Below are positions 1-10,316 of a stretch of 64,000 nt of DNA, piece by piece. Numbering within the stretch: the stretch's first letter is position 1; every line of letters starts with the position of its first letter. Source of the stretch: an uncultured archaeon (GTDB lineage: Archaea > Thermoplasmatota > Penumbrarchaeia > JASLWR01); contig CAYFHS010000004.1 of NCBI GenBank assembly GCA_964342815.1, forward strand, positions 81,338 to 145,337, written 5' to 3'. A model generated the notes under the pieces. It saw only the letters and a list, made by a program, of their open reading frames with translations, did not search any database and had not been told where the DNA came from. A program made the position numbers and the translations under genes.

Positions 1-273
1 AGCTCCACTATATCATCTTCCTCCGCGTCTTCATCTGCCAGCTCCACTATATCATCTTTCTCCACGTCGTCATCAGCTAGCTCCACTTTATCATCTTCCT
101 CCTCGTCTTCATCTACCAGCTCTACTTTATCATCTTCCTCCGCGTCTTCATCTGCCAGCTCCACTATATCATCTTCCTCCGCGTCTTCATCTGCCAGCTC
201 CACTATATCATCTTCCTCCGCGTCTTCATCTGCCAGCTCCACTATATCATTTTCTTCCGTGTCGTCATTCGCC
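1..273 (-). repeat. Coding tandem repeat, 39 bp x 7 or more, encoding ADEDAEEDDIVEL
   Basis: Unit agctccactatatcatcttcctccgcgtcttcatctgcc starts at 1, 40, 79, 118, 157, 196 and 235 with minor variants. It is in frame with the CDS above. Confidence 0.95.
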
Positions 274-3200
274 AATTCCATTTTATCCTCATCTTCATCA
301 TCCTTTCCCATTACCTCTGTGGAATCTTCCTCTCCCTTGCCTTCGGTCCGATCTTCTTCCGACTCTCCGTCAAGTCTCAGCTTGCAGCTCCAGCATATTC
401 TATCCCCCCTTAGTACCGGTCTTCCACACCTTGGGCAGGGAGTCTCTCCGGCAAATCTTCCTGTCTTTTTAGGTCTAAGATATACTATTACGATCAGGAT
501 TACCAAAATGACGATCACAGCAACTGCCGGATAGTTTTCCGAAAACCAGTTTTCCTTCTCATCAGTGGTCTTTTTCTGCTCGTATTGTGTGTAGAATATC
601 TTATCGAACGGATTTTGGAGAGTCGTTCCGTTGGCATCTCTTAGATGTGATTCAACCATGATACGGTACTTTATGCCCGGAAGTAGATTCTCCTTGAATT
701 CGATGATCAATAGTTTGCCGTTGTTTTCGGGGATCAGGTTGAATTGGACGGGAGGAATAATACTTATGTTCCCTGCAAATGAGCCGACGTCCATTGAAGC
801 GCTGAAACTGAACCATATGCTGACGTTGTCCTTATGGTAATCGATCCTTGTCCCATTGGGAGGAAAGCTGTCAAGAATTTTGGTGGGGATATAATTTATT
901 ACCTGTTCTTGGGTGGTGAAAGTAAAATAGAATGGTTTTTCCATGGGAGTCCCATCGGTTACCGAGAGAACTCCGAATACCATAACGGTGTAGGTGGTGT
1001 TGGGCTTTAACCGTGTTAAAAGTATGAATGAAAGTTCTTCACCATCGTAAGATACGATTCCTTCGATAAGGGTCAGGTTATTCTCCCGGACGATTATGGA
1101 ATTTTCTCCCTCACTCCCATTCCGTATTGCCTCGTGAAAACTAACTCGTATCAGCGTGTCAAGGGGGGCATACTCGCTGCCGTCCACCGGCCAGGTATCA
1201 TAGACGGCGGGTGGGAGGTCCTTTTGCTCTTCCGCTTCCGTCTCGAATAAAAGCCATTCGTAGTTCATTACATTTCCGAATATATCCGCGAGTCCGCTTA
1301 CGCCTATTCGGTATTCCTGGCCGTATGCCAAAATACCGGTGACATTTATCACAAGACTGTTTTCAGACTGGTTGATCATCCATGAAAAATTTACCTGCGG
1401 GAAAAATGAAACAGGAATTGTATCTGTAGCGAAAACAGCCTCGTCGAACCAGAATATTATGTTCGATCCAACCGAAACGTCACGTTTGTTAGCTTCAGGC
1501 AGCGTGGATACCACCTTTGGTCTTTCCGTCTCGTGGGTTGTGAAATTGAAATTGAGCGCATGCAGTATCGAAAATCCCGCAAGGGACTTTGCATTCTGTG
1601 AAAGGGTCACGTTATAGAATGTGCTTCCCTTCAAGGGAACCACCGGAATGAAGGAAAAATTTTTATTGTCCATGGAGTGATTGTATTCGAAGAAGACATC
1701 CGGAGTAATGCTGAGAGCTCCGATTATTCTCGATTTGTTCATAGCTTCGCTGAAATTGATATGTATTTCCGTATGTATCGAAATTTTATTACCCACCGGA
1801 CCGAAATCCAAAACTTCCGGGATCACCACCAGTGGTTCGCTAACGGTAGTGAAATTGACATGGTAGTCTGAAGAAAGGCGATTGCCTGCTAGGTCCGTGA
1901 TATTGGAGTGTAGCGTGATTTGATAGGTTGTACCGTAATCAAGGTCATTGCTGGGATCGAAAAGGAAGACCTTTCTCTGATCAGATGAAATGATTTTGCC
2001 TTCCAGAAACGGGAATCTCGAAAAACCCCTGATGAAGCTGGTCTCGTTTACTGACTCTGAGAAGCTGATCTCGAAATTCGATATCAGAAATACCTTTTCT
2101 TCATGGGCATTGACGTGGGTCGCCCTTACCGATAGCACCCGGGGGCTTGTTGTGTCGGGAGCGGTTGTGAAATTAAATGAATAATTTTCCGAGACATTAT
2201 TTCCCGAAGCGTCATTAGCATCGGTGGAAATGTTCACTGTATAAGTGGTAAAGGGATTCAAAGGTAGAAATGGGCGAACGTTGAATGTTCGGTTGTTATC
2301 CGTGAAATACATACTGAGATCAGGAGAGGGTGAGAGCCTGAATGAGTTCTGAACCGAGACTTGATCCATGGGTTCGGAAAAAATTATTTTTATGATCGTG
2401 TTCACTGGAACCCCGGAGCCACCCGGTTCCGTAGATATTATCTGCGGGGCTTCCACATCTGTTACCGTTATCCATCGTTCGGGGCCGAGCTGGGAAGCCA
2501 AAAATTCGTCGTCGTAACTTTGGGCCCGGAAACTGGAATTATTTCCCACTTCAACAGGGGTGTATTGAGTGTAATTAACGGGTGCGGATATATTTGCAAT
2601 CTGAACCCAATTTCCGCTGTCATTATAATATACCAAATGGCCCGATATATCCGGCGAATTTCCTGCTGTCCACGAGATATTCACAATACTGTTGTTAACC
2701 TGTTCAACCTTCAGGTTTTTTGGAGGATCGGGAGGGAATATATCTTCATTCGCCACGATGTTCAGCATAGTTCCCGGTATCAATGAATCGAGAGAATAGG
2801 ACCCGCCGGATTCGTTCCACTCCCCCTCATTCGTTTGCATGTACACGGAGATATTGGCAGTCTCGTTCTTCCAGCTTCCGGCTGAACTGAGATTCGAAAG
2901 CATTTTTATTTTTTGGCTTTCACCCCCGGGACCAGTGACGGGATCGGAGCCGAGGAAATGAGAGGTGGAATATACGGTATGAGAGGAGTTCTCCACCTTG
3001 AGATGGCAGTCTTCAAGCGCTTCGCCGGTATCCTCGAGGGTACGGACAGAGAAGCTTACCCATTCTCTGAGATGTGACGGAGTGTCGTTAAAGTGTCGTG
3101 ATAATGTGGCGCTGGTATAATTAACGCAATCCAGTACCGAAACATTGCTGTTATCAAGTGATATGTCTGTGATGGAGGAATTGCGAAACGACGTGTTTAA

Positions 3201-3755
3201 AAGCACATAAGGGGCAGTGGAAACATCGTGGAAAGCTACGGGAAGGCTGCAATTGATGAAGGTGGAATTCGCAAGAGTACCAGAACCGCGCCATACAAAA
3301 CCCGTTATGTTTTCTATATTCGACCTGTCGATTTCCAAAGTACCTCCGGCTTCTAGTTCTATATAGGAACCACTGCAGTTATGAAGAGTGTCATTCCCGC
3401 TAATCGTCACAGGTGATGAAATATTGCCAGTACAGTTCAACCTGCCTTCCACTTTGATCGAATAATTTCCCTGAAATATCACTGTGACTCCAGAGGTGAT
3501 ATTCAACATCTGGCCTGCCGCAACAGTAAGATTATCTGTTATATTAACCGGGGAATCCATAGCAGTCCAGGTAGTATTCGATATGACGGTCCCCCTTCTC
3601 TCCGATTGGAACCGTTCGATATTCCCGGTGTCTCCAATAGTTTCTATGGAGGATTCGGGGACACTATTATTGAAGGTATGGCTTCCAACAAGCAATGATA
3701 CAAAAAGGATCAATACGAGGGAAAATACTCCCATGATGCGAGTTTTACCTATCAT
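1..3755 (-). CDS. Large membrane-anchored surface protein (partial, runs off the left edge): signal peptide, parallel beta-helix region, several SbsA/Big_5 Ig-like domains, TM helix, CPxCG knuckle, acidic repeat tail
   Basis: Not in the ORF track because no stop falls in the window. ATG at 3755 follows GGTGAG and reads MIGKTRIMGVFSLVLILFVSLLVGS. The frame is the same at 3755, at 1862 (PSNDLDYGTTYQITLHSNITDLAGNRL, Big_5-like) and at position 5. TM helix AVAVIVILVILIVIVYL is followed by CPRCGR. Intervening frame spot-checked, not read codon by codon. Confidence 0.85.
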   Translation of the reverse strand, partial: MIGKTRIMGVFSLVLILFVSLLVGSHTFNNSVPESSIETIGDTGNIERFQSERRGTVISNTTWTAMDSPVNITDNLTVAAGQMLNITSGVTVIFQGNYSIKVEGRLNCTGNISSPVTISGNDTLHNCSGSYIELEAGGTLEIDRSNIENITGFVWRGSGTLANSTFINCSLPVAFHDVSTAPYVLLNTSFRNSSITDISLDNSNVSVLDCVNYTSATLSRHFNDTPSHLREWVSFSVRTLEDTGEALEDCHLKVENSSHTVYSTSHFLGSDPVTGPGGESQKIKMLSNLSSAGSWKNETANISVYMQTNEGEWNESGGSYSLDSLIPGTMLNIVANEDIFPPDPPKNLKVEQVNNSIVNISWTAGNSPDISGHLVYYNDSGNWVQIANISAPVNYTQYTPVEVGNNSSFRAQSYDDEFLASQLGPERWITVTDVEAPQIISTEPGGSGVPVNTIIKIIFSEPMDQVSVQNSFRLSPSPDLSMYFTDNNRTFNVRPFLPLNPFTTYTVNISTDANDASGNNVSENYSFNFTTAPDTTSPRVLSVRATHVNAHEEKVFLISNFEISFSESVNETSFIRGFSRFPFLEGKIISSDQRKVFLFDPSNDLDYGTTYQITLHSNITDLAGNRLSSDYHVNFTTVSEPLVVIPEVLDFGPVGNKISIHTEIHINFSEAMNKSRIIGALSITPDVFFEYNHSMDNKNFSFIPVVPLKGSTFYNVTLSQNAKSLAGFSILHALNFNFTTHETERPKVVSTLPEANKRDVSVGSNIIFWFDEAVFATDTIPVSFFPQVNFSWMINQSENSLVINVTGILAYGQEYRIGVSGLADIFGNVMNYEWLLFETEAEEQKDLPPAVYDTWPVDGSEYAPLDTLIRVSFHEAIRNGSEGENSIIVRENNLTLIEGIVSYDGEELSFILLTRLKPNTTYTVMVFGVLSVTDGTPMEKPFYFTFTTQEQVINYIPTKILDSFPPNGTRIDYHKDNVSIWFSFSASMDVGSFAGNISIIPPVQFNLIPENNGKLLIIEFKENLLPGIKYRIMVESHLRDANGTTLQNPFDKIFYTQYEQKKTTDEKENWFSENYPAVAVIVILVILIVIVYLRPKKTGRFAGETPCPRCGRPVLRGDRICWSCKLRLDGESEEDRTEGKGEEDSTEVMGKDDEDEDKMELANDDTEENDIVELADEDAEEDDIVELADEDAEEDDIVELADEDAEEDDKVELVDEDEEEDDKVELADDDVEKDDIVELADEDAEEDDIVE

Positions 3756-4040
3756 TTGCGCTCACCTGTTACCATCCGATAATAGAAATAATTATTTAAT
3801 CATTATAATGTCCGTGGTATTATTTATTTGCGTGAATATTGTCAAAGGAGCAAAACTCGACATATTGTTAAAGTTGTTTTCATAATTCAAAGAAAAATGT
3901 AAGAATGCTCCCAAAGAGCAAATAAAGAAGATTTTTCCCCCAGAGCTGTGAACCACGGCAAAAATTATTATATATTATAACTAAATTAATATGTTTTTAT
4001 TAAATCCATTAATCTCGAATAATATATAACAATAAGAGGA

Positions 4041-7000
4041 ATGAATATGAAAGCGGTCAAAGAGGTCCGAAAATTTCTTAGATTCGATGAACGCGCCAAG
4101 GTTTCTTTTGCTCTCGTTGCTGTTCTCGTGCTCATGCTTTCCACGGTAAGCATGGTCTATATTGCAGCCATAAACAGGAAGGAAAGGGAGCGGGAAAGGG
4201 AAGATGACACCACCTCAACTATGGAAAGTAAGGTAAATGTGCTGCAGACCGAGATCGAGACCCAGGCATATATCTTGGCCATGAATGCCATCTACAAGGC
4301 GACCCAAGATGAGAACGATCAGAACCGGATAGTCCCGATATTCGAGAAGGACTTTGAAAAATACCTGCGGAAATACACCGATGACGATGGTTTCGAAGAG
4401 GGGGATTTTTTCATTCGTGTGAAGGATTATACGGTAAGCCTGAACCTCGATTCCAAGATCTCGGATAATTACATACCTATTGCCGATCCGGGAGTTACCG
4501 AGGGCGGTAAGCTTGACGGGGTTGATATCGAGAAGCCCGAGGGAATGGAAGACACTCCAACAAACTGCTATTACAATCTGGACGGGAATCTCAATTATCG
4601 GGTCACACACAAGGATTCCCAGGTGGCACTGGACAAGAACATGTCATTTTCGAGATCCATCGAGACACCGTACCCAATACTCCAGAACAAGTTCAGCCAG
4701 TTCAATAATAATGCGCAGTCCGGTTCAAGCGAGCTTGGGAGGATCATACAGTATATACTGGTCACCATTGCCCAGTACAGGGTACTCCAGGGCTACGGCG
4801 CCTCCGAGATCGAAGGGATCGACTTCAACGTTGGCGGTACGAATGAGATAATCACTTATGACGATATTGAACTGGCAGTAAACTTGGCTATACTTCTGGA
4901 GTCGGCGAAACTCTACAGGGATTTCGACCCGGAGCATCTCAAGGAATTCGCGGTAAACAGCGGGGAGACCGAAAAATCCATGGCCTCTCTGATAAATACA
5001 TGGATAACTGAGGACCAGATCGACGGTGCAGATATAATCGCACTTTACAAGGGTATCGAAAGCAGAGAGATCAACCTCGAGATGCTGCTAGGCCAGGCAA
5101 TATACTCTCTAATGGACCAGTTCATTCTTAAATATCTTAACTATTTCGGTTTCATCGACCTGTTGGACGCCATATGGCAGGTGGCCCAGGTAGGTTGGAA
5201 CGCCATCGAGGGATTTTTCGGCTGGTTTGCAGGTCTCTTTCCGCAGGAGGACAAGAGGGCCGAGATCGCCAAGGAGTGGGCCGAGGAACAGCTGCTGGAC
5301 TCCATGCTGGACAGTTTGATAATGTTCGATGTTCCCGTTACCATAGATCAAACAAACTACGAGATCCGCTTCGACGACGAGGATGATTGCACCCACATGG
5401 AGGACACGGACAATAACGCATCCACGCCCGACGAGCCGGTTGATTACCGCTGGACGATTCTTTCAAAATACACGGTTATAATACCCTCGAGTACTGAGAC
5501 TGCCGACTTCGAGCAGATGGACATAATGCGGGAGGCCGTGGACAATGTATGGATCGATTTCTACGAGACCTATTTCAACGACAGCGACGATAATATTGTG
5601 AGAAGTTTATCCCAGACCCTGAAGGAAATTGTGGTTGGGATAGCAGGGAACATTGCCCAGCTGGACGGTTTACGCGAGCTATTTGCGGAATACCGGCATC
5701 TTCCATCCACGGCGGTAAAGCCCAATGACGACGTCAGTCTTCTTTCGGAAATCAGCATTCACGTAACTGAACTCATGGACAAGACCGCCAAATACTTCAG
5801 AAGTGAGGAGGGAAAAGATGGAATCAATGAACTGCTCCATAATCTGATATCGGACCATAACAAGATGTTATACGGGGTCAGCCGCCACATTAGTGACCGT
5901 TTCGACGAGTTTGCCGACAAGAGCGGAAATATTGAGATTGCCACGGAGAGGTTGACCGATGCTCTCATGGAAAACGCCCGCGTCATTGAGGGGAGCGGCA
6001 CCATAACTAAAGTTGATAATCCGGAGGACATCAAATATCCCGATCTGCCGCCGGAACCCATTGCCGAGCCGGGTCTGCTGCCTCGTAGAGTTCCCTATAT
6101 ACATCAGGTATATGACACACCCGGTTGGTTCAACGGGCACTGGGCGTGCGGTGCCACTTCAGCCATGATGGCCCTGGGTTATTATGAAAAGATACCGGCC
6201 AACGACTGGGGAAATTTCATCTGCGAGAGTTATACATACAAGGGACATACGTATAACGTCGGCCAGGCGGACCCGAACGGGCGTATCGCCACAGGGGGTT
6301 ATGGATTCATCACGCAGCAGAACTGGCGAGATACAAAGGGATTCATGGCCCAGTATGCAAGACAGCACGGCCTGGATTCATCCGTGGACTGGTCTCCCAC
6401 ATGGGGCGAGCTGACCGCTGAGATAGATGCCGGTCACCCCGTGGTACTTTTGACGAGTTTGACCGGACCTGGCCATTATGTCCTTGCAGTGGGATATGAT
6501 ACCAACAGCCAGGTTGTGATCGTAAACGACCCTTACGGCAACAAGAATCAGGGATATATCAATTACAACGGCGCAAGTGTGGAGTACGATTGGCCGGGTA
6601 ACAATTTCGGGCATTCAAACCTCAATAAAGTTCACTGTTTCATCTACTTTAAAGGAAATGTCCCGGATACGCGGAGTAGAGGTGACGTTACACCGGACGA
6701 GTGGATGGTAATGCAGTGCCCCTACGACGAGCATCCGGCCATGGATGCGAACTCGCTGCCAAAAAGATCGGATTCGGAAATTCTTGACCGCTTCGATTCT
6801 ACGAAGAGAGATGAGGTAAGAGCCTATGCACGGAGTGTCATCGAGAGCGCCTACGTTCAGGTGAAGAACATAGAAATAAGTGAATTCGAGGGAGCAATGG
6901 AGGGCCTGTCAGGAACAACGAAAATCGAGATACTGGACATGATCATTGACGGTGTCGCAACCGTGGGTCATGCTTCGGGGTTGCTTCCGGTGGCCTGTGA

Positions 7001-9944
7001 ATTTGTTTCGAGGGTTGCTGCCAATATTACATATTCGGCTGAGATGAGGAACGTAGAATATTTCCTCCCGATCAGCATGGGGACACCTTTCAAATTCTGG
7101 AGTGGAGAAAATACTTCCAACGCCTTGCCGCAACGAGATTTTAGAGGAGAAAATAATATCGACGCTGCTCTCAAAAAGGGAAAGGTCGCCTTCGAGTCAA
7201 TCGATGTGAATATCAAACCCGACTACCTTTTAAACAATACCAAGAATCTAAAAATCGTCATCGAAGATCCCGAAGGAGTTCATTATACCAATCTCACGGA
7301 ATTTCACTCTCGTCCTTTCGAGACGACCTGGGAGATAAAGATAAGTGGCTCATTCACCCTTACTACCAAGAGCGAGCGGAAGGATCTCGTCTTTAACGGG
7401 GAGCACCTTGCGGTGGGAAAGACAGATACCATAACACTGAACATTTCGACACCCATTACCGTGTATTCCGGCTGGAACCTCGAGAGCGTGGACTACTGGG
7501 AGACAAGCACTCTCTGGGGTGATATCGCGGCCCTGGCGATTAAGTTCCTAACGGGTTTATGGGATGCCATCACAGGAGTTATTGGATGGCTCGTAGATGG
7601 TCTCATGAAGGTTCTTACCGTTCTGGTGAACATACTTCACGCCATTGTCAATTTTGCCTCGAAGATCATAAAGGTGATAGTTGATGTGTTCACATGGGTT
7701 CTCGAAAAGATCCGGGGATTTATTCAGGGCAGCATGAACATCATTGCAAAGGCCATTCTAGGCATCAGCCTCCTCCTGGGTGATAACTTCAATTTCTCCG
7801 CTTTCGGTATACTCTTCAACGTCACGACGTTGTTCCCCGATGGGGATATTCCGGCTGATGGCTGGGAATGGATGAGCCGTATCTCATCCAGGTTTCAGGT
7901 GAAGTCGTTCGGTTTCGGTTTCGACGTTTCCGTGGTGCGTAAGGTAGGAACGGAAGACTATGATATACTCATTACTTCCGGCCTGAAGATAGGGGATTTC
8001 ATACTGGAGGTTGCAATGGACCCGCTTATGGCTGTCTGGCCCAGGTTTATCGAGGGATATGGCGTCTATCTGAACGAAACGGGACAGGGGTTCGGTCTCG
8101 AATTTACCAGCCCGGAAATCGACACCGGCTGGTCGGTTCTGGGTTCGGTAAAGGTTGAAAAGGGTTCTGTAAAGAAAGTGATAAAGATACCTGCAAGCAA
8201 GGTGACCATTCCCTATGTCGGCACCGTAAGTACCGAGCTAGGCGTAAAGTTGTCATGGCCCACTAAGGTCAAGCTTGACGGGAAAAAGATCGCCGCAAAG
8301 CTTAACGAGAGCTTTTACGAGGTATGGCACGGCCTGGGCGGTCAGTTCCCCATGAACAGCAGTATAATAAACGAATATTCAGAGAAACTGCTGGAAAGCT
8401 TCAAGGAGAACCTTGGTCCCGTATTGGTTGACCTGGGAAGTGACGTCAAGCTGAAGGTATGGATCAAAATGGATATTAAGCCGTTCGGGGGCCGATTCAA
8501 AGTGGCGGGTCTCAGCGGGTATACCGTCTGGACGACAAAACTGCAGTTCGAGACAAATCTGGGAAAGGATATCGTTAAGACCATCGACTATTTCAAAGCG
8601 TATTCCAACAAATATCTGGAAGATCCGGGCCAAAGGCCCAAAAAGGAACCGCTTCCCGAAACGGGAGTTGACGTCAAGTTCAGCACTGAAGCGAAGGTTC
8701 AGGTCAAAAAGATATTCAGCTCTCCCGTGACCATACCGGTGATAGGAGTGCAGGCGAAAGGTGAAGTAGGATTCAAGGTTTCATGCAAATACATCTATCG
8801 CGAAGAGGTCACCACAGCTTGGAAGAACATTAAGGCAAGCCTTGCTGCGGACTGGGAAGAGGCGAAAGCAGGCCAATCCATGAAGAACCTGGCAGACAAG
8901 GCCAAAGGTCTGCTGGAATATCTGGGAGATAATATTGAATTCAAAACATGGATGAAACTTCACTTGTCGAGAGATTTCGGCAGCTACGGCGACCTGGCAG
9001 CCACCATCAACGTCGATTTCATTATCAAGGGTAAAGATACGGTGATAGACGGATTCAACTGGATCAAGAGCAATATCGACAAGTATCTTATAAATCCCGG
9101 AGAAAATGTCACCGCTTCACCCCCGCCGAACGTGATAATCAGGTTCTATGTCACCACGGAAATAGGAATCAGGCACAAGGTGGCAAAGATACCGATTCCC
9201 GCAATCGGTTGCACAGCGGACGTTACCATTGGTTTCAAGTTCACCCTGAAATTCAAAGAGACCACCAACCTTTCGAATTTCATCGATTTCATGAACGGTT
9301 CATTCGATGAGGTGGACAACGAGACCAACTCGACACCCCGGGACGAGAACCTGATAACCATCTATGCCCAAAAGATAATTGCAAAGTTCAAGGCGGCACT
9401 GGACTATATTCTCGATAACGGACAAATTAGTTTCTACGTACGGTTCGACCTGGACGTAGGCGGACTGGACGCTCTCGAAGCGGGCGTGGTGTTGAAATTC
9501 ATCATGAAGTGCAGCCTCAGGGGTGTTTGGGAGGTGGCAAAGTGGATAATGGGGAATATTGGTGCCTTCGTGAATAACATTTTGAATCCGGCCAATGCCG
9601 CCAGGTACCCTGATGTGCCCAAGGAGTACCTGGAAAAGATACATATCGAGTTCGAGGCATTTCTGCAGGCCGGACTTCCGGATATGATAAAGGATGTGAC
9701 CGGGGGAATGGTGGGCTTCAAGGCCAGGTTATCGCTGATCATCAGAATGAACCTGCCGCTCATAGGTGCCTTTTTCGGGCAGGATTGGGGACGCTACGTA
9801 GCGGTCTTCGGACTGGTGCTGAAGCTGGATCTCACAATCAAGATAGGTATCGAAAATCTCTTCGATTTCATGGATGTGGAAATGCATCCCCATGCCTGGT
9901 TCAGACTGTGGTTCTTCCGGGGCAGGGTATATGAGATCGAATGA
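4041..9944 (+). CDS. 1967-aa membrane-anchored protein with a pilin-like N-terminal TM, an internal C39-like cysteine peptidase domain and C-terminal alpha/beta repeats
   Basis: N-terminus DERAKVSFALVAVLVLMLS. Papain-fold motifs WACGATSAMMAL, GHYVLAVGYD and VIVNDPYG at ~6085-6660. Trp-rich amphipathic helices and three ~165-aa repeats follow. Confidence 0.85.
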   Translation: MNMKAVKEVRKFLRFDERAKVSFALVAVLVLMLSTVSMVYIAAINRKEREREREDDTTSTMESKVNVLQTEIETQAYILAMNAIYKATQDENDQNRIVPIFEKDFEKYLRKYTDDDGFEEGDFFIRVKDYTVSLNLDSKISDNYIPIADPGVTEGGKLDGVDIEKPEGMEDTPTNCYYNLDGNLNYRVTHKDSQVALDKNMSFSRSIETPYPILQNKFSQFNNNAQSGSSELGRIIQYILVTIAQYRVLQGYGASEIEGIDFNVGGTNEIITYDDIELAVNLAILLESAKLYRDFDPEHLKEFAVNSGETEKSMASLINTWITEDQIDGADIIALYKGIESREINLEMLLGQAIYSLMDQFILKYLNYFGFIDLLDAIWQVAQVGWNAIEGFFGWFAGLFPQEDKRAEIAKEWAEEQLLDSMLDSLIMFDVPVTIDQTNYEIRFDDEDDCTHMEDTDNNASTPDEPVDYRWTILSKYTVIIPSSTETADFEQMDIMREAVDNVWIDFYETYFNDSDDNIVRSLSQTLKEIVVGIAGNIAQLDGLRELFAEYRHLPSTAVKPNDDVSLLSEISIHVTELMDKTAKYFRSEEGKDGINELLHNLISDHNKMLYGVSRHISDRFDEFADKSGNIEIATERLTDALMENARVIEGSGTITKVDNPEDIKYPDLPPEPIAEPGLLPRRVPYIHQVYDTPGWFNGHWACGATSAMMALGYYEKIPANDWGNFICESYTYKGHTYNVGQADPNGRIATGGYGFITQQNWRDTKGFMAQYARQHGLDSSVDWSPTWGELTAEIDAGHPVVLLTSLTGPGHYVLAVGYDTNSQVVIVNDPYGNKNQGYINYNGASVEYDWPGNNFGHSNLNKVHCFIYFKGNVPDTRSRGDVTPDEWMVMQCPYDEHPAMDANSLPKRSDSEILDRFDSTKRDEVRAYARSVIESAYVQVKNIEISEFEGAMEGLSGTTKIEILDMIIDGVATVGHASGLLPVACEFVSRVAANITYSAEMRNVEYFLPISMGTPFKFWSGENTSNALPQRDFRGENNIDAALKKGKVAFESIDVNIKPDYLLNNTKNLKIVIEDPEGVHYTNLTEFHSRPFETTWEIKISGSFTLTTKSERKDLVFNGEHLAVGKTDTITLNISTPITVYSGWNLESVDYWETSTLWGDIAALAIKFLTGLWDAITGVIGWLVDGLMKVLTVLVNILHAIVNFASKIIKVIVDVFTWVLEKIRGFIQGSMNIIAKAILGISLLLGDNFNFSAFGILFNVTTLFPDGDIPADGWEWMSRISSRFQVKSFGFGFDVSVVRKVGTEDYDILITSGLKIGDFILEVAMDPLMAVWPRFIEGYGVYLNETGQGFGLEFTSPEIDTGWSVLGSVKVEKGSVKKVIKIPASKVTIPYVGTVSTELGVKLSWPTKVKLDGKKIAAKLNESFYEVWHGLGGQFPMNSSIINEYSEKLLESFKENLGPVLVDLGSDVKLKVWIKMDIKPFGGRFKVAGLSGYTVWTTKLQFETNLGKDIVKTIDYFKAYSNKYLEDPGQRPKKEPLPETGVDVKFSTEAKVQVKKIFSSPVTIPVIGVQAKGEVGFKVSCKYIYREEVTTAWKNIKASLAADWEEAKAGQSMKNLADKAKGLLEYLGDNIEFKTWMKLHLSRDFGSYGDLAATINVDFIIKGKDTVIDGFNWIKSNIDKYLINPGENVTASPPPNVIIRFYVTTEIGIRHKVAKIPIPAIGCTADVTIGFKFTLKFKETTNLSNFIDFMNGSFDEVDNETNSTPRDENLITIYAQKIIAKFKAALDYILDNGQISFYVRFDLDVGGLDALEAGVVLKFIMKCSLRGVWEVAKWIMGNIGAFVNNILNPANAARYPDVPKEYLEKIHIEFEAFLQAGLPDMIKDVTGGMVGFKARLSLIIRMNLPLIGAFFGQDWGRYVAVFGLVLKLDLTIKIGIENLFDFMDVEMHPHAWFRLWFFRGRVYEIE

Positions 9945-10316
9945 TCCGTAGGGATTTTGTATATTTCCCATCTTTCGGGATGGCTAACAGAATACCCGAT
10001 GGTATTGGTCAATGGCGAACGCGATCGTAATATGATGGCTGAAAAGTAATTCATAATTGCAGTTTTGGGCCTCCCGACTGACATTCCTTCGGCTGGGATT
10101 CCCAACAATAAATTCAACCATCTTTCATGATATCGTCCCTGGGTGCCAATCAGTTGACCGATTGTCAGTTGAGATAACACCCGATAATTCAATATAAGTC
10201 CAAGGAATTATTTTCAAATATAGTGATGTTCGAGAATTGCCCAAGAAAACGATTGAATCTTTCGGCCCAAAGAAGAATAAAACAAATTGAGGAACTGCCC
10301 ATGAATGTTATACATT

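Noticed and set aside
1-273. 39-bp repeats as a CRISPR array
   Set aside because: The units are contiguous with no unique spacers, their length is a multiple of 3, and they translate as an in-frame acidic peptide repeat.
9960-10030. Two short hairpins (ccatc/gatgg, aatacc/ggtatt) after the giant gene as another copy of the structured element
   Set aside because: The CACCC/GGGTG and AGTTG landmarks are missing; more simply a terminator-like region between convergent genes.
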